From an uncultured Verrucomicrobiae bacterium (GTDB taxonomy: Bacteria > Verrucomicrobiota > Verrucomicrobiia > Limisphaerales > UBA11358): a stretch of DNA of 64,000 bases. This document shows, piece by piece, positions 9,606 to 19,087 of this stretch; position 1 is the stretch's first letter, and each line of letters begins with the position of its first letter. Under the pieces are notes generated by a model that did no database searches, had not been told where the DNA came from, and worked only from the letters and a program-made list of their open reading frames with translations. The stretch is taken from contig CAVVAN010000002.1 of the NCBI GenBank assembly GCA_963746345.1, positions 213,202 through 277,201 of the forward strand, given 5' to 3'. The position numbers and the translations under genes are program-made.

Positions 9606-9820
9606 AAGGTCGGCCTGGGTTTTACGAGCAGTAATACAATTCCGCCGACCAGCGCCAGCGCCCCGACGGCGGGCGGGATGAAATGATTATCCGTGGTGGC
9701 AATGTGCATCCCAAGAAAGTTGATCGGCTCGCCCGGCGTCGTGAAGCTCAAACCTGAATAGGCGAGCACCACAATGCCGAGTGTGATCAGAAGGAGCGCA
9801 ACGATGGTTTTTGTGTTCAT
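9602..9820 (-). CDS. small two-TM membrane protein
   Basis: 72 aa with hydrophobic N- and C-terminal helices (IVALLLITLGIVVLAY ... AVGALALVGGIVLLLV). Confidence 0.5.
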   Translation of the reverse strand: MNTKTIVALLLITLGIVVLAYSGLSFTTPGEPINFLGMHIATTDNHFIPPAVGALALVGGIVLLLVKPRPTL

Positions 9821-9847
9821 ATTGAATCTATAATTTGATTTTTTTGG

Positions 9848-9997
9848 CTAAAGCACTGGCTTCCTGCCGGAGATAACCCGAAGCAAAACCGCAACAATGG
9901 CCAGAACAAGAAGAATGTGAATCAAGCCGCCCGCAGTGCCGGTGATTAGTCCCAACACCCACAGAACGATTAGGATTATTGCAAGCGTGTATAACAT
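9848..9997 (-). CDS. lmo0937-family small membrane protein
   Basis: Hand-translated 49 aa: MLYTLAIILIVLWVLGLITGTAGGLIHILLVLAIVAVLLRVISGRKPVL. The track ORF 9828-10028 in another frame is rejected. Confidence 0.7.
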   Translation of the reverse strand: MLYTLAIILIVLWVLGLITGTAGGLIHILLVLAIVAVLLRVISGRKPVL

Positions 9998-10053
9998 AAA
10001 ATTTTGATTTGCCGACTGACGCGCTCACGCGTCAGCCAGCGATGATTCGCCAG

Positions 10054-10365
10054 TTAATTACTCGTTGCCATTGCCGGTTCTTTCGGCGTGACTTTGTCGC
10101 TATGGATGGGTTTGGTCACAACATCGTGAACGGTGCTCACAGTCGTTGAGGCGACTTCACCAACTGCTTTGATCGCGCCGCCAGCAACAGCCGCGACAGC
10201 TTTCTCAGCTCCGACGCCCACTTCTTTGACGTCTTTAACCGTCGTTGCGACAACGTGAGCGGCGGCATCCACCGTCGTCTTGGCGATGTCTCCTGTGCCT
10301 TTGATTGCGTCAACGCTCTTATCTTTCACTGTCTCAATTACTCCCGTTTGTGTTTGTGTATTCAT
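10054..10365 (-). CDS. hypothetical Ala/Val/Thr-rich repeat protein (stress-cluster associated)
   Basis: From the internal ATG: MNTQTQTGVIETVKDKSVDAIKGTGDIAKTTVDAAAHVVATTVKDVKEVG... Confidence 0.45.
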   Translation of the reverse strand: MNTQTQTGVIETVKDKSVDAIKGTGDIAKTTVDAAAHVVATTVKDVKEVGVGAEKAVAAVAGGAIKAVGEVASTTVSTVHDVVTKPIHSDKVTPKEPAMATSN

Positions 10366-10431
10366 ATTTAATTTTCTTTCGTTTGATTTGCCGGCTGATG
10401 CTTTCGCACCAGCCAGCAATAAGTTGATGGT

Positions 10432-11208
10432 TTAGTTCGCGGCCACGGGCACGGCGACGGTCATGTTGTTGATCACGCTGGTCACGCCGTTGATGTCGGT
10501 GGCGAGTTTGGTGACGAGGCTCTTTTCAGCGTCGTTTTTGGCAATGCCGCTCAAGGTGACAACGCCATCCGTGGTCGTTACTCCGGTATGTATGGCACTG
10601 GTCGAACGATGCGACATCAATGACGATTTGACTTCAGCCGTGATGGAGGCGTCATCAATTTTGTCGCCGATGGTTGCATCGGGCGTTGCCGGAGTCGCGG
10701 CAATCGTCATGTCGTTCTTGACCTCTTTGACATTGTCAACGTCCTTGGCGTATTCGGTGGTGAGTTCCTTTTGCGCCATGCTGCTCGCTTCACCTTGCAA
10801 GGTGACGACGCCGTCTTTCGTATACACGGTGGTTCCGGTGGCGCTCACATTGCGATGGAACAACAGCGCGGTTTTCACTTTCATGGTGATCCAGGCGTCG
10901 GAATGTTCAGCCGGTTGTTCGCCGCTGACCACGAGTTGATTGTCCACGCTTTTGACGCCGGGCAGGCTCGCCACGGTGTCTTCGGCCAGGGATTTATGCG
11001 ACGCGTCGGCGACCGTGCCGGTCAGGGTGACGACGCCGTCTTTGGAGTCAGTCTTGATGGAATCGTCCTTGAGGTAGGTTTTGAACATATAGGACTTCGC
11101 GGCGGACGACTCGATGCGGCTGTCCGTGTCGGCGGCGCGCAGCGGCGAGCTGGTGATTAATATTGTGCTCACAGCGGCTGCGAGCGTTAAGGGGAACATG
11201 GATTTCAT
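10432..11208 (-). CDS. periplasmic BON-domain protein (OsmY-like, three BON repeats)
   Basis: Signal peptide MKSMFPLTLAAAVSTILITSSPLRA, then three repeats of the form DGVVTLxGxAxSxAxKxLAxxxAxxxxGVKxVxNxM. Confidence 0.85.
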   Translation of the reverse strand: MKSMFPLTLAAAVSTILITSSPLRAADTDSRIESSAAKSYMFKTYLKDDSIKTDSKDGVVTLTGTVADASHKSLAEDTVASLPGVKSVDNQLVVSGEQPAEHSDAWITMKVKTALLFHRNVSATGTTVYTKDGVVTLQGEASSMAQKELTTEYAKDVDNVKEVKNDMTIAATPATPDATIGDKIDDASITAEVKSSLMSHRSTSAIHTGVTTTDGVVTLSGIAKNDAEKSLVTKLATDINGVTSVINNMTVAVPVAAN

Positions 11209-11282
11209 TTTATTTCTTTCGTTTGTTGCGTTGTTGGTTTTTAACACTTGAACCACGCTAGATGATGCGCTCCTTTCTTCGC

Positions 11283-11301
11283 TATGGGGTGTAACCCTAC
11301 C
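11283..11301 (-). promoter_or_regulatory. dyad motif copy F (TATGGGGTGTAACCCTACC)
   Basis: 75 nt upstream of the BON start. Confidence 0.5.
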
Positions 11302-11506
11302 ATGTGTTTTAGAATATGGCCGATTCCCGCACCCCTCGTTTTGATTTAATTCAAGAACTTAAAAGCCAAGATATAGTTTTCAAACCGGTTAATTCCGTTG
11401 AATTTCAACAACAGTCGTGGAATCTAATGAAATAAACCTGCCGGAAGAAAAATTAGCCCGAAACTATTCAGTGGACTATATGTGTATCTAATTATAACTA
11501 TTAGTA

Positions 11507-11596
<90 letters not shown>

Positions 11597-11651
11597 GTTA
11601 TGTTGATTTAATTGGTTGAAATGCTGGTTTCCACATTTCTCAATTTGCATT

Positions 11652-11676
11652 TTCTATACTGGTGTTCTATACTATA
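11652..11676 (+). repeat. tandem TTCTATACT repeats (candidate integrase arm-type sites), left
   Basis: TTCTATACTGGTGTTCTATACTATA. Repeated with one mismatch at 32518-32542. Confidence 0.6.
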
Positions 11677-11679
11677 CGC

Positions 11680-12795
11680 ATGAAGACCAATTTATCGGAT
11701 AATACAGACGCACGTTGGCAAAAAACACCCGTGGCAAATCTCGTCCGCCACGTTCAATCAGGAAACTATTATGCGCGAATTCGGGTTCGCGGCAAGCTGA
11801 TTTGGAAGTCGCTCAAAACCGACCGAATCAGCGTCGCCAAACTGCGGTTAGGCGATTTCCACAAAGAGGAGCGGCAACGCGCAGCTGCGCAGACGGCGGT
11901 TGCGCGGGGAAAAATGACTTTTGCCGACGCCCTGCAAACCTACCGCGAGCGGCTAAACGGCGACCAGTCTCTCAAAGAGCGAAGCAAAGCATACCGTGAG
12001 GAACGAATTACGGCTTTGCTCAAATCCTGGCCCGATCTCAATCAGATGGATGTTGCCCAAATCTCCAAAGCCGATGGCTTGGCCTGGGCCGCGCGATTCG
12101 GAAAAACCGCCAGTCCGTCGGCTTTCAACAATACCATCGGAACATTCAAGTTGGTTTTGGACATCGCGGTTGAGGCGGGCGCGCGTTACGACAATCCCGC
12201 CGTTCACATCAAACGGAAAAAAATCCGGCTGAAGCAATTGCAGCTTCCGAGTCAAAAGCAGTTCGTTGAATTGATAAACACAATCAGGAACGGGGATGGT
12301 GGCTGGGCGGAACGGTGCGCCGACCTTGTGGAGTTCTTGGCATACAGCGGATGCCGAAAAGGTGAAGCCGCACGCGTTAATGGTCGGGACTGTGATTTTG
12401 AAAAAGGCGAATTCACAGTTTTGGGCGACCCTGCCACCGGAACCAAGAATTGGGAAATTCGCCGCGTTCCCATGATTCCCGATATGCGCCGACTGTTGCA
12501 GCGGCTGCAAAAAGAGCGTGGTGAAACAGAATTTTCAAGCAAACCAGTCATGCTTATTCACGAGTGTCAGGGTGCGATTGATACGGCCTGCACGAAGCTG
12601 AGCATCGTCCGCATCACACATCACGATTTGCGCCACCTGTTCGCCACGCGGTGTATTGAATCTGGCGTTGACATCCCGACCGTTAGCCGCTGGCTTGGCC
12701 ACAAGGACGGCGGCGCACTGGCGATGAAAGTTTATGGGCATCTGCGCGACAGTCATTCTACTGCAATGGCGCAAAAAGTTCGATTTGTCGAGTAA
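11680..12795 (+). CDS. int: tyrosine-type site-specific integrase
   Basis: GCRKGEA (Arg), HDLRH, WLGH and VYGHL (Tyr) catalytic boxes. Lies next to the tRNA. The ATG at 11680 is preferred over the GTG at 11662. Confidence 0.85.
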   Translation: MKTNLSDNTDARWQKTPVANLVRHVQSGNYYARIRVRGKLIWKSLKTDRISVAKLRLGDFHKEERQRAAAQTAVARGKMTFADALQTYRERLNGDQSLKERSKAYREERITALLKSWPDLNQMDVAQISKADGLAWAARFGKTASPSAFNNTIGTFKLVLDIAVEAGARYDNPAVHIKRKKIRLKQLQLPSQKQFVELINTIRNGDGGWAERCADLVEFLAYSGCRKGEAARVNGRDCDFEKGEFTVLGDPATGTKNWEIRRVPMIPDMRRLLQRLQKERGETEFSSKPVMLIHECQGAIDTACTKLSIVRITHHDLRHLFATRCIESGVDIPTVSRWLGHKDGGALAMKVYGHLRDSHSTAMAQKVRFVE

Positions 12796-12875
12796 GTGAA
12801 TTTTGCTTCCGCTGCGTCGGGCTGCAAACCGCCTCTAAAAACGAGCGCGAGGCAGAGGTTGAGTTTGGGGTTCAC
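12753..12875 (-). pseudogene. orphan leader remnant (VNPKLNLCLALVF...) abutting the int 3' end
   Basis: GTG overlaps the stop of the 668-aa gene. Only the conserved leader block is present, and the ORF then runs into the int gene. Confidence 0.45.
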
Positions 12876-14878
12876 GGTTTGGTCGCTCGCACGGCACGAA
12901 TTAACAGATCGTCTCCGCCATTGTAGAATCGAAAATCGGCGCCACCATTTTGACGGCCCGCAAAAAGGGCGTCGTTCACTTGAAACCGGGCTGATTTCCA
13001 TTGTCCTGTGTTGGTTCTATGGACGTAATTTGGATGCGCTTTGTAAACTCCCCTCACCGCTGCTTGTAGATCGTTGGAATCGTATTCCAGCCCAATATCG
13101 CCGGTTCCAACGTCCAGATATTCTAACTCGATCTCCAGATTGCTATGGGGCGGGAGTCGGAATTTTTTATCCTTTGCCAAATAAAAAAATTGTGGGGGCG
13201 TATGTTTTGGCAAAAACCAGCATGACGTTCCATCATGTTCGACAATTTTGAAGTCTCCGTCACCAGCACCGACTGGCGTCAAGCCATCAGATGTTCCAGG
13301 ACGCCCGACAATTGTTGAGATGTCAGTATAGGTCTCCGCCGGATTTCCAAGATGATAGTAATTGCGAATCGTTGCGAACTGGTCCTTCGGCAACAGAAAT
13401 ACATACCGGTCGGGAAAAGCCAGTTCGCTCCGATTGACTTGCCGCGTGACTGCGGCATAACCACGGTCTCCACGGCCAAAATCCCCGGCGATACAGGTGA
13501 GATTGCAGAATACCGGGACCTTGGGATTGGGAGTCATCAACGCAAGCTCATGGGCCAGTTGTTCTTCGCTTCTAACTGCAACCGTTCCCAATTTTGGCGC
13601 AAAGCCGGCTTGGATCGCTCCACCTTCACCGATGACTCCGTCCAGTCCGCAGGTTTGCAAATACATGTTGTATTTCACGCTTGGATTTGGTGCCAGCCAC
13701 ATAATAACGGTATGAAAACCTGCATCTACGCACCAATCACGAGAAAGCTTGCACCATGCTGGAAATAATTCGGCGTTGAAATCGCGAATATGTATGAATT
13801 GAACGCCGGTTGGTCCGGCCATGAGTTCGTCGTTGTCTGTCATTCTTGAGTAAAACCAATCCAATAATGGAGAATTTAACTCCTGTAACGTAGGACTTAA
13901 CTCCATTGCGACCGGGACGGTTCCGTGAGGAGTCCCTTGCCAAAGATCGCGCCAAAGATGATAGATGGGATTTTGGTCGAAAAAGATATTATCTCCATCG
14001 CTGAATATGATTGAAACATAGACCTTCCCCTTTTGAGCTACAACGGCCCGACCAGGAGCCTGCGTGTAAGTCTTATCAGGAAAGCTCGACCAGAAACTTC
14101 CATTCGCATACAGATTGCTTACCACATAACCAATGCCGAATGGATTGGAGACTATGTTGGCCAAATCACCCGTATTTGCATACCCCATCAACGAAGTTCC
14201 AACCCCGTAACCCGTGGTCTGAAAAATCTTTTGCACTTCCGACCGTTCACCATCGAAATCGAGCCAGAAAACAAAACCTTTGCTTGCAACTGCATAATCA
14301 ATCAAGGGCGTATTCAGGGCCGTTGCAAAAACTACTTGTTTGTTGCAGTTGGGCATCAGGTTGGCAAGCGCCCAGTTGTAGGCCTCCGTTCGATTGCCCC
14401 ACCTCGTCCTGAAATCCTCCGTTTCACCTTTCCAGTCAAATTCAGCCGTAAGCTGATTCCTAACGGCTTCCGTCACAGGGATGCCGTTTTGCTGGGCCGA
14501 GGCCATCAAAGCTAAATAAAAAGTCCAATCCTTTTCAGGGTCGTATAGGAACATTTTTTTGATTTGAGACTGATATTTTTTGAAAAGCGATCTTAACCCG
14601 GCATTCTCTCCACCTGGCAATTTTAAAACTTCAAACGGCTTGCCGCTATATTTCAACTGCTCCCAATCCCATTCGCTGATGGCAACATAGACCTCAGCGG
14701 ATTCTTGGTTGACCATGCCTTCCAACGCCCAGCTTGTCATGATGCCTGATTTGTCTTTGCTGCAATCGGCGACATAGACCTTCGGTGCTGCCGGCATTTT
14801 CGGAAACAACCCACTGGCTGCAAATATCGGCCGCACACTTAATGTGAGCACGAGGCAGAGGATGATTTTTGGTTTCAT
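12872..14878 (-). CDS. secreted protein, putative glycoside-hydrolase-like (paralog of 16430-17980) with extra C-terminal beta-rich domain
   Basis: 668 aa with the MKPKIILCLVLTLS leader. Long collinear similarity to the 524-aa ORF. The GIGYVVSNLYANGSFWSSF motif is reminiscent of GxGYxYP-family proteins, with low certainty. Confidence 0.6.
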   Translation of the reverse strand: MKPKIILCLVLTLSVRPIFAASGLFPKMPAAPKVYVADCSKDKSGIMTSWALEGMVNQESAEVYVAISEWDWEQLKYSGKPFEVLKLPGGENAGLRSLFKKYQSQIKKMFLYDPEKDWTFYLALMASAQQNGIPVTEAVRNQLTAEFDWKGETEDFRTRWGNRTEAYNWALANLMPNCNKQVVFATALNTPLIDYAVASKGFVFWLDFDGERSEVQKIFQTTGYGVGTSLMGYANTGDLANIVSNPFGIGYVVSNLYANGSFWSSFPDKTYTQAPGRAVVAQKGKVYVSIIFSDGDNIFFDQNPIYHLWRDLWQGTPHGTVPVAMELSPTLQELNSPLLDWFYSRMTDNDELMAGPTGVQFIHIRDFNAELFPAWCKLSRDWCVDAGFHTVIMWLAPNPSVKYNMYLQTCGLDGVIGEGGAIQAGFAPKLGTVAVRSEEQLAHELALMTPNPKVPVFCNLTCIAGDFGRGDRGYAAVTRQVNRSELAFPDRYVFLLPKDQFATIRNYYHLGNPAETYTDISTIVGRPGTSDGLTPVGAGDGDFKIVEHDGTSCWFLPKHTPPQFFYLAKDKKFRLPPHSNLEIELEYLDVGTGDIGLEYDSNDLQAAVRGVYKAHPNYVHRTNTGQWKSARFQVNDALFAGRQNGGADFRFYNGGDDLLIRAVRATKP

Positions 14879-14888
14879 GGTTCAACTT

Positions 14889-15854
14889 TTACGGCTTCCA
14901 AAGTGCAGTTGGACAACCGCCAAAAGTCTTTTCCCAGCCAGTGGTCCCCGGCAGGTAATAGACAATTGCTTTACTATCGCCATCGAACGCGTGGTAAATA
15001 TCTATGCCTTTGTAACCATGGTATTCACCATGTCCGGGAGCATTGCCACGGAAATAAACTCCCTTCAGACTGACGCAGGAGTCGAACGCCCAGATTTCAA
15101 TGTTGGTGACGCTGGCGGAGAGCGTGACACTGGTCAGGCTGGAGCAAGCAGCGAAGGCCTCTTTCTTGATAGTGGTTACGCCCACGGGGATGGTAATGCC
15201 GGTCAATTTGGGGCAATTCCACAAAGCATAATCCGCTATTTTGGTGACGGTGTTGGGAATGGCATAATTTCCGGCTTTGCCGGCCGGATATTGAACCAGT
15301 TCAGTTTTGTTCTTGTTGAACAAAACCCCGTCCACACTGCTGTAAGCGGTATTGTTTGAATCCACGATTATACTTTTCAAGCCGAAACAGCCGCCAAACG
15401 CAAGCCTTCCAATGCTGGCGACATTTTTGGGAATCTTGATACTGCTCAGTTTGTCGCAGAAATGAAATGCCCCCCGCCCAATACCAATGATGCCATTGCC
15501 AAGAACAATATTTGTCAGGCTGCTGTGGGAATCAACGGCTGAAAATGCTTCCTCCCCGATGTTGGTGACGCTGTCGGGAATTACCACGCTGGTCACTACG
15601 GGGGCGGCCCAGAACGCACGGGATCCGATGCTGGTGACGGCCAGGCCGTTGATGTTGCTTGGAATGATCAACGCGCCACTTGCCCCCATGTAGCGCATGA
15701 TGGTGGCAGTGACGCCATCGGTGTTGGTCGAATAATTGAATGGGCCTTGTGCCGCCTTGGACGACCGGTTTGGGAAATTGGCGGAGGTAGAGCAACCACC
15801 GCTGGCAAGCCCGCTCAAAACAAGAGCGAGGCAGAGGGTGATTTTAGGTGTCAT
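14889..15854 (-). CDS. BspA-type leucine-rich-repeat lipoprotein
   Basis: MTPKITLCLALVLSGLASGGCS, then repeated IPxSVTxIGxxAFxxCxxLxSI units. C-terminal YYLPGTTGW..FGGCPT motif. Confidence 0.75.
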   Translation of the reverse strand: MTPKITLCLALVLSGLASGGCSTSANFPNRSSKAAQGPFNYSTNTDGVTATIMRYMGASGALIIPSNINGLAVTSIGSRAFWAAPVVTSVVIPDSVTNIGEEAFSAVDSHSSLTNIVLGNGIIGIGRGAFHFCDKLSSIKIPKNVASIGRLAFGGCFGLKSIIVDSNNTAYSSVDGVLFNKNKTELVQYPAGKAGNYAIPNTVTKIADYALWNCPKLTGITIPVGVTTIKKEAFAACSSLTSVTLSASVTNIEIWAFDSCVSLKGVYFRGNAPGHGEYHGYKGIDIYHAFDGDSKAIVYYLPGTTGWEKTFGGCPTALWKP

Positions 15855-16326
15855 GGTTTGAAATATGCCTACGCCTAGACGCTCGCAACTGTTTCCACAA
15901 TCGCATAGCGACCATGAGAAGCACAATGCTGAACAACGGCGAGATAAAAAATGGGATCTCCCGAAAAGCCTCCCACACACCATAGTCGTTAGACTCGAAT
16001 CCGAACGTAATCAGCCGGGGTTTATGGTGTGTCATATAGAATATCAGGCCAAAGCCGAGGATGACAAAGGCCAACACGACGCAACAGGCCGCTTTCGCCA
16101 AGATATTTCGTTCAGAGTTTTTGACTTCCATATCGTTGGCAACCCAGATGATTACAGCCAAAATAGCAATGCCAGTCACGTCGAAATAGCCGGCCTTGCC
16201 TAAAAAAGTCAGAACGACAAAAACAAGACCGAGAAGCAAAACAACGGATGGCAATCGGCGGTTGCCGTTCACAAAGGACAACAGATTTCCACCGATCCAT
16301 GCGATGAGAGCTATAAAGAAGAACAT
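15844..16326 (-). CDS. polytopic membrane protein, hypothetical
   Basis: MFFFIALIAWIGGNLL... with 4-5 hydrophobic helices. A TTG at 16356 is an alternative start. Confidence 0.5.
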   Translation of the reverse strand: MFFFIALIAWIGGNLLSFVNGNRRLPSVVLLLGLVFVVLTFLGKAGYFDVTGIAILAVIIWVANDMEVKNSERNILAKAACCVVLAFVILGFGLIFYMTHHKPRLITFGFESNDYGVWEAFREIPFFISPLFSIVLLMVAMRLWKQLRASRRRHISNHDT

Positions 16327-16348
16327 GACGCGTGTTATTTCCTGTCGC

Positions 16349-16408
16349 CTAACCAAGCAAACTGCCGCTCAAAACGAGCGCGAGGCAGAAGATGAGTTTG
16401 GGTTTCAT
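16349..16408 (-). pseudogene. orphan leader mini-ORF MKPKLIFCLALVLSGSLLG-stop
   Basis: Full conserved leader followed by TAG. It is one frame off from the downstream membrane ORF, so it is either a remnant or an assembly frameshift. Confidence 0.4.
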
Positions 16409-16429
16409 TGAACCGATAATTCTAATTTT

Positions 16430-17980
16430 TCATGGATTTGCCGGAAGATGACAGTAATCACGTATTGTGGCGAATATGTCTTTCGGCAGCATAAACACAA
16501 ACCGGCCTGGATAAACCGCGTTAAGCCGGTCAATTTGTTGTTTGATTTTTGTGTAGCCATTAAAATTATCCTTTGTGTAGCCGGCCACAATGCACTTGAA
16601 CCCCAAAAACATGGGGGATCTTTGGCTTGGTTTTACTTGTGACAGCCAGTCAAATATTTCGTTTGGATTCCATGACCCGCGTCCTTCATCCATTACTGGC
16701 GTTCCGGCGTCATATCGAACCCATCTGGCGTCACCAGCGTTTAGAATTCCAGTCAGGCCGCAGGCGTTGATGTAGGTGGTGTATTTTGCGCTTGGATATA
16801 TGGTATGCCACAAAAAACCAGTTCGGAATCCAGCACCGTCCATCCATGATTTGTTCAATTTGCACCATGCGGGAAAAAGATTTTCGTTGAAATCCTCGCC
16901 GTAAATGAACTGAAGGCCATAAGCCACAAGTTCATCATTCGTTGTCATATTTGAGTAATACCAATCCAGTAATGGGGTATTGAACTCCTGCATGGAAGGG
17001 CTGCTGGTGGTGCCGACCGGAACTGTCCCGCGTGCGGGATCATGCCAAAGATTCCAGATCGCATTTTGGGCGAACTGGAGGTTGTCGCCGTCACTCCAGG
17101 TAATGGTTACATAAATTTTGCCCGGCACCGCCTTGGTGGCTTTTCCAGGAATTTGTTTATAGGTCTTGTCAGGAAAACTCGACCAGAAACTTCCATTCGC
17201 ATAAAGATCGCTCGCGACATAGCCAAAGCCGAATGGATTGCAGACCTTGTTCGCTTCATCGCCCGTGTTGGCATATCCCATCATTGAAGTGCCAACGCCG
17301 TAACCGCCGGCCCTAAATATCTTCTCCACCATTGACCTGTCACTGTTAAAATCCATGCCGAACACAAAACCCTTGCTGGCGACCACATAATCAACTAGCG
17401 GTAATTGGCTCCCGACAGCAAAAACGACCTGCTTGTTGCAACCGGGCATCAGATTTGCAAGCGCCCAGTCGTAAGCTGCCATTTGTTTGGGAAACCTGCC
17501 TCGGAAATCCTCGACTTTCCCTTGCCAATGAAATTCCGAAGTCAGCTCGTCTCTTACCTGTTCGCTTACCGGAATTCCACCCTGTTGGGCCGCTGACATC
17601 AACGCCAGATAGCAGGTCCAATCCCGACTGGGATCATAAACAATCATCCGCTTCACGCGGTCTTGGTATTTATTGAAAAGCGTTCTCAAGCCGGAATCGT
17701 TTCCGGCCAATGGTTCAAGCAGCTCAAACGGTTTGCCGCAATCCTTGAGTTGCTCCATGTGGCGCTCCTTCTCCTTTTCGATGACGTAAACCTCCGCGCT
17801 CGTTTGATTGATCAGGCCTTGCAACGCCCAAGCCGATGTCCTGGCTTCCGCGCTGTCATTACGGCAATCCACGACATAAACATTCGTTGCTGCCGGCATT
17901 TTGGGAAACAACCCGCTGGCGGCCAAGACCGGCCGCACGCTCAAAACGAGCGCGAGGCAGAGGAGGAGTTTAGGTTTCAT
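16430..17980 (-). CDS. secreted protein, paralog of 12872-14878
   Basis: MKPKLLLCLALVLSVRPVLAASGLFPKMPAA..., collinear with the 668-aa protein through about 500 aa. Confidence 0.6.
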   Translation of the reverse strand: MKPKLLLCLALVLSVRPVLAASGLFPKMPAATNVYVVDCRNDSAEARTSAWALQGLINQTSAEVYVIEKEKERHMEQLKDCGKPFELLEPLAGNDSGLRTLFNKYQDRVKRMIVYDPSRDWTCYLALMSAAQQGGIPVSEQVRDELTSEFHWQGKVEDFRGRFPKQMAAYDWALANLMPGCNKQVVFAVGSQLPLVDYVVASKGFVFGMDFNSDRSMVEKIFRAGGYGVGTSMMGYANTGDEANKVCNPFGFGYVASDLYANGSFWSSFPDKTYKQIPGKATKAVPGKIYVTITWSDGDNLQFAQNAIWNLWHDPARGTVPVGTTSSPSMQEFNTPLLDWYYSNMTTNDELVAYGLQFIYGEDFNENLFPAWCKLNKSWMDGAGFRTGFLWHTIYPSAKYTTYINACGLTGILNAGDARWVRYDAGTPVMDEGRGSWNPNEIFDWLSQVKPSQRSPMFLGFKCIVAGYTKDNFNGYTKIKQQIDRLNAVYPGRFVFMLPKDIFATIRDYCHLPANP

Positions 17981-18004
17981 GGTTTGGTAGCTGTGGAATT
18001 GCAA

Positions 18005-19084
18005 TTATTGTTTCGGTAGCGCATCGAGGATTTGATTCAACTCAGCAATTTTTTTGTCCCATTCTTTCCACACTGGATCAGTTCCTGACCACATATTAAC
18101 GCCTGCCGCACCATGACTTTTCCATAATATGACATTGGTTCCATTTTTTAATACCTCACGGCCACCGAAGAGAAGCATGTCTGAACGCGGGAACTCCAAT
18201 TTCAGATTTAGCAATGAATTGATTGCTCTCGCCGCCTTATCGCAAATTCGCATTGTGGTTATGCCGTCCCCCAACCCACCTGGGTCATCAGCCAAATCTT
18301 TTTCTTCAAGATAGGGGCGCAATACTGAAACCATAGCCGGATCGTGGCTTTCACTCAGCATCCATACAGCATTACACCACATCTGCCCTTTTAGTTGTGG
18401 ATTAACGGAAGTATTCGTCAAGGAGGGGAAAATTGTCAGCACGGATTTACTGAGACGTGGTGGAATTGTGGTGTTGGTTGCCCAAAGCGAATAATGCCGG
18501 TCGAGCACCGAAAGCGCATTTTCGATCACGATCCAGGAAACTTGTTTAGGCGCGGCAGCTTTGTAAACTGTCGTAGCGGTAGAAGCGTTTTTCTCAATCA
18601 TTTCGATGACCGGCTCAAGCAACGAATCATCCCAAATTCCGGGTAGTGGTGAAAATAAATCCATAATCGCTATCTCGCCTCGTGTCGCTAATGCCTCACG
18701 ATAAAAAGAAATCACAGTGGCATCATGTGGCCAGCGTCGATTTACGAGATCCATCAATGCGGTAAATTGGAAGCCAGGCAGGCTGTCGTCCAGTTGCCGC
18801 TGCTTTATCGCTGCCAACACCTGTTCCCGCGTGACAACTATTGCCACCTCTGGATCGCGAAGCAGCTTGACCAGCCGATCATTTTCAGGCTGGGTCAAAT
18901 ATGGCGAAAAATCTCCGCCACGTCGGGAAAAGTTCGGCAGATTGGTATGAACACTATCCGGGCTGGTTTTTGCCAGCAATGCGCATAACTCCTGTTGTTC
19001 CGTTTTAAGCAGCTCGTCCGCGTGAACCGCGTAACCGATGCAACTCAAAACGAGCGCGAGGCAGAGGACGAGTTTGGGTTTCAT
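18005..19084 (-). CDS. secreted hypothetical protein (helical)
   Basis: 359 aa, leader MKPKLVLCLALVLS. No family recognised. Confidence 0.5.
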   Translation of the reverse strand: MKPKLVLCLALVLSCIGYAVHADELLKTEQQELCALLAKTSPDSVHTNLPNFSRRGGDFSPYLTQPENDRLVKLLRDPEVAIVVTREQVLAAIKQRQLDDSLPGFQFTALMDLVNRRWPHDATVISFYREALATRGEIAIMDLFSPLPGIWDDSLLEPVIEMIEKNASTATTVYKAAAPKQVSWIVIENALSVLDRHYSLWATNTTIPPRLSKSVLTIFPSLTNTSVNPQLKGQMWCNAVWMLSESHDPAMVSVLRPYLEEKDLADDPGGLGDGITTMRICDKAARAINSLLNLKLEFPRSDMLLFGGREVLKNGTNVILWKSHGAAGVNMWSGTDPVWKEWDKKIAELNQILDALPKQ

Positions 19085-19087
19085 AAA

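Noticed and set aside
9828-10028. 66-aa Cys/His-rich ORF from the track.
   Set aside because: Another frame on the same strand encodes a textbook lmo0937-family 49-aa membrane protein (9848-9997), which is preferred.
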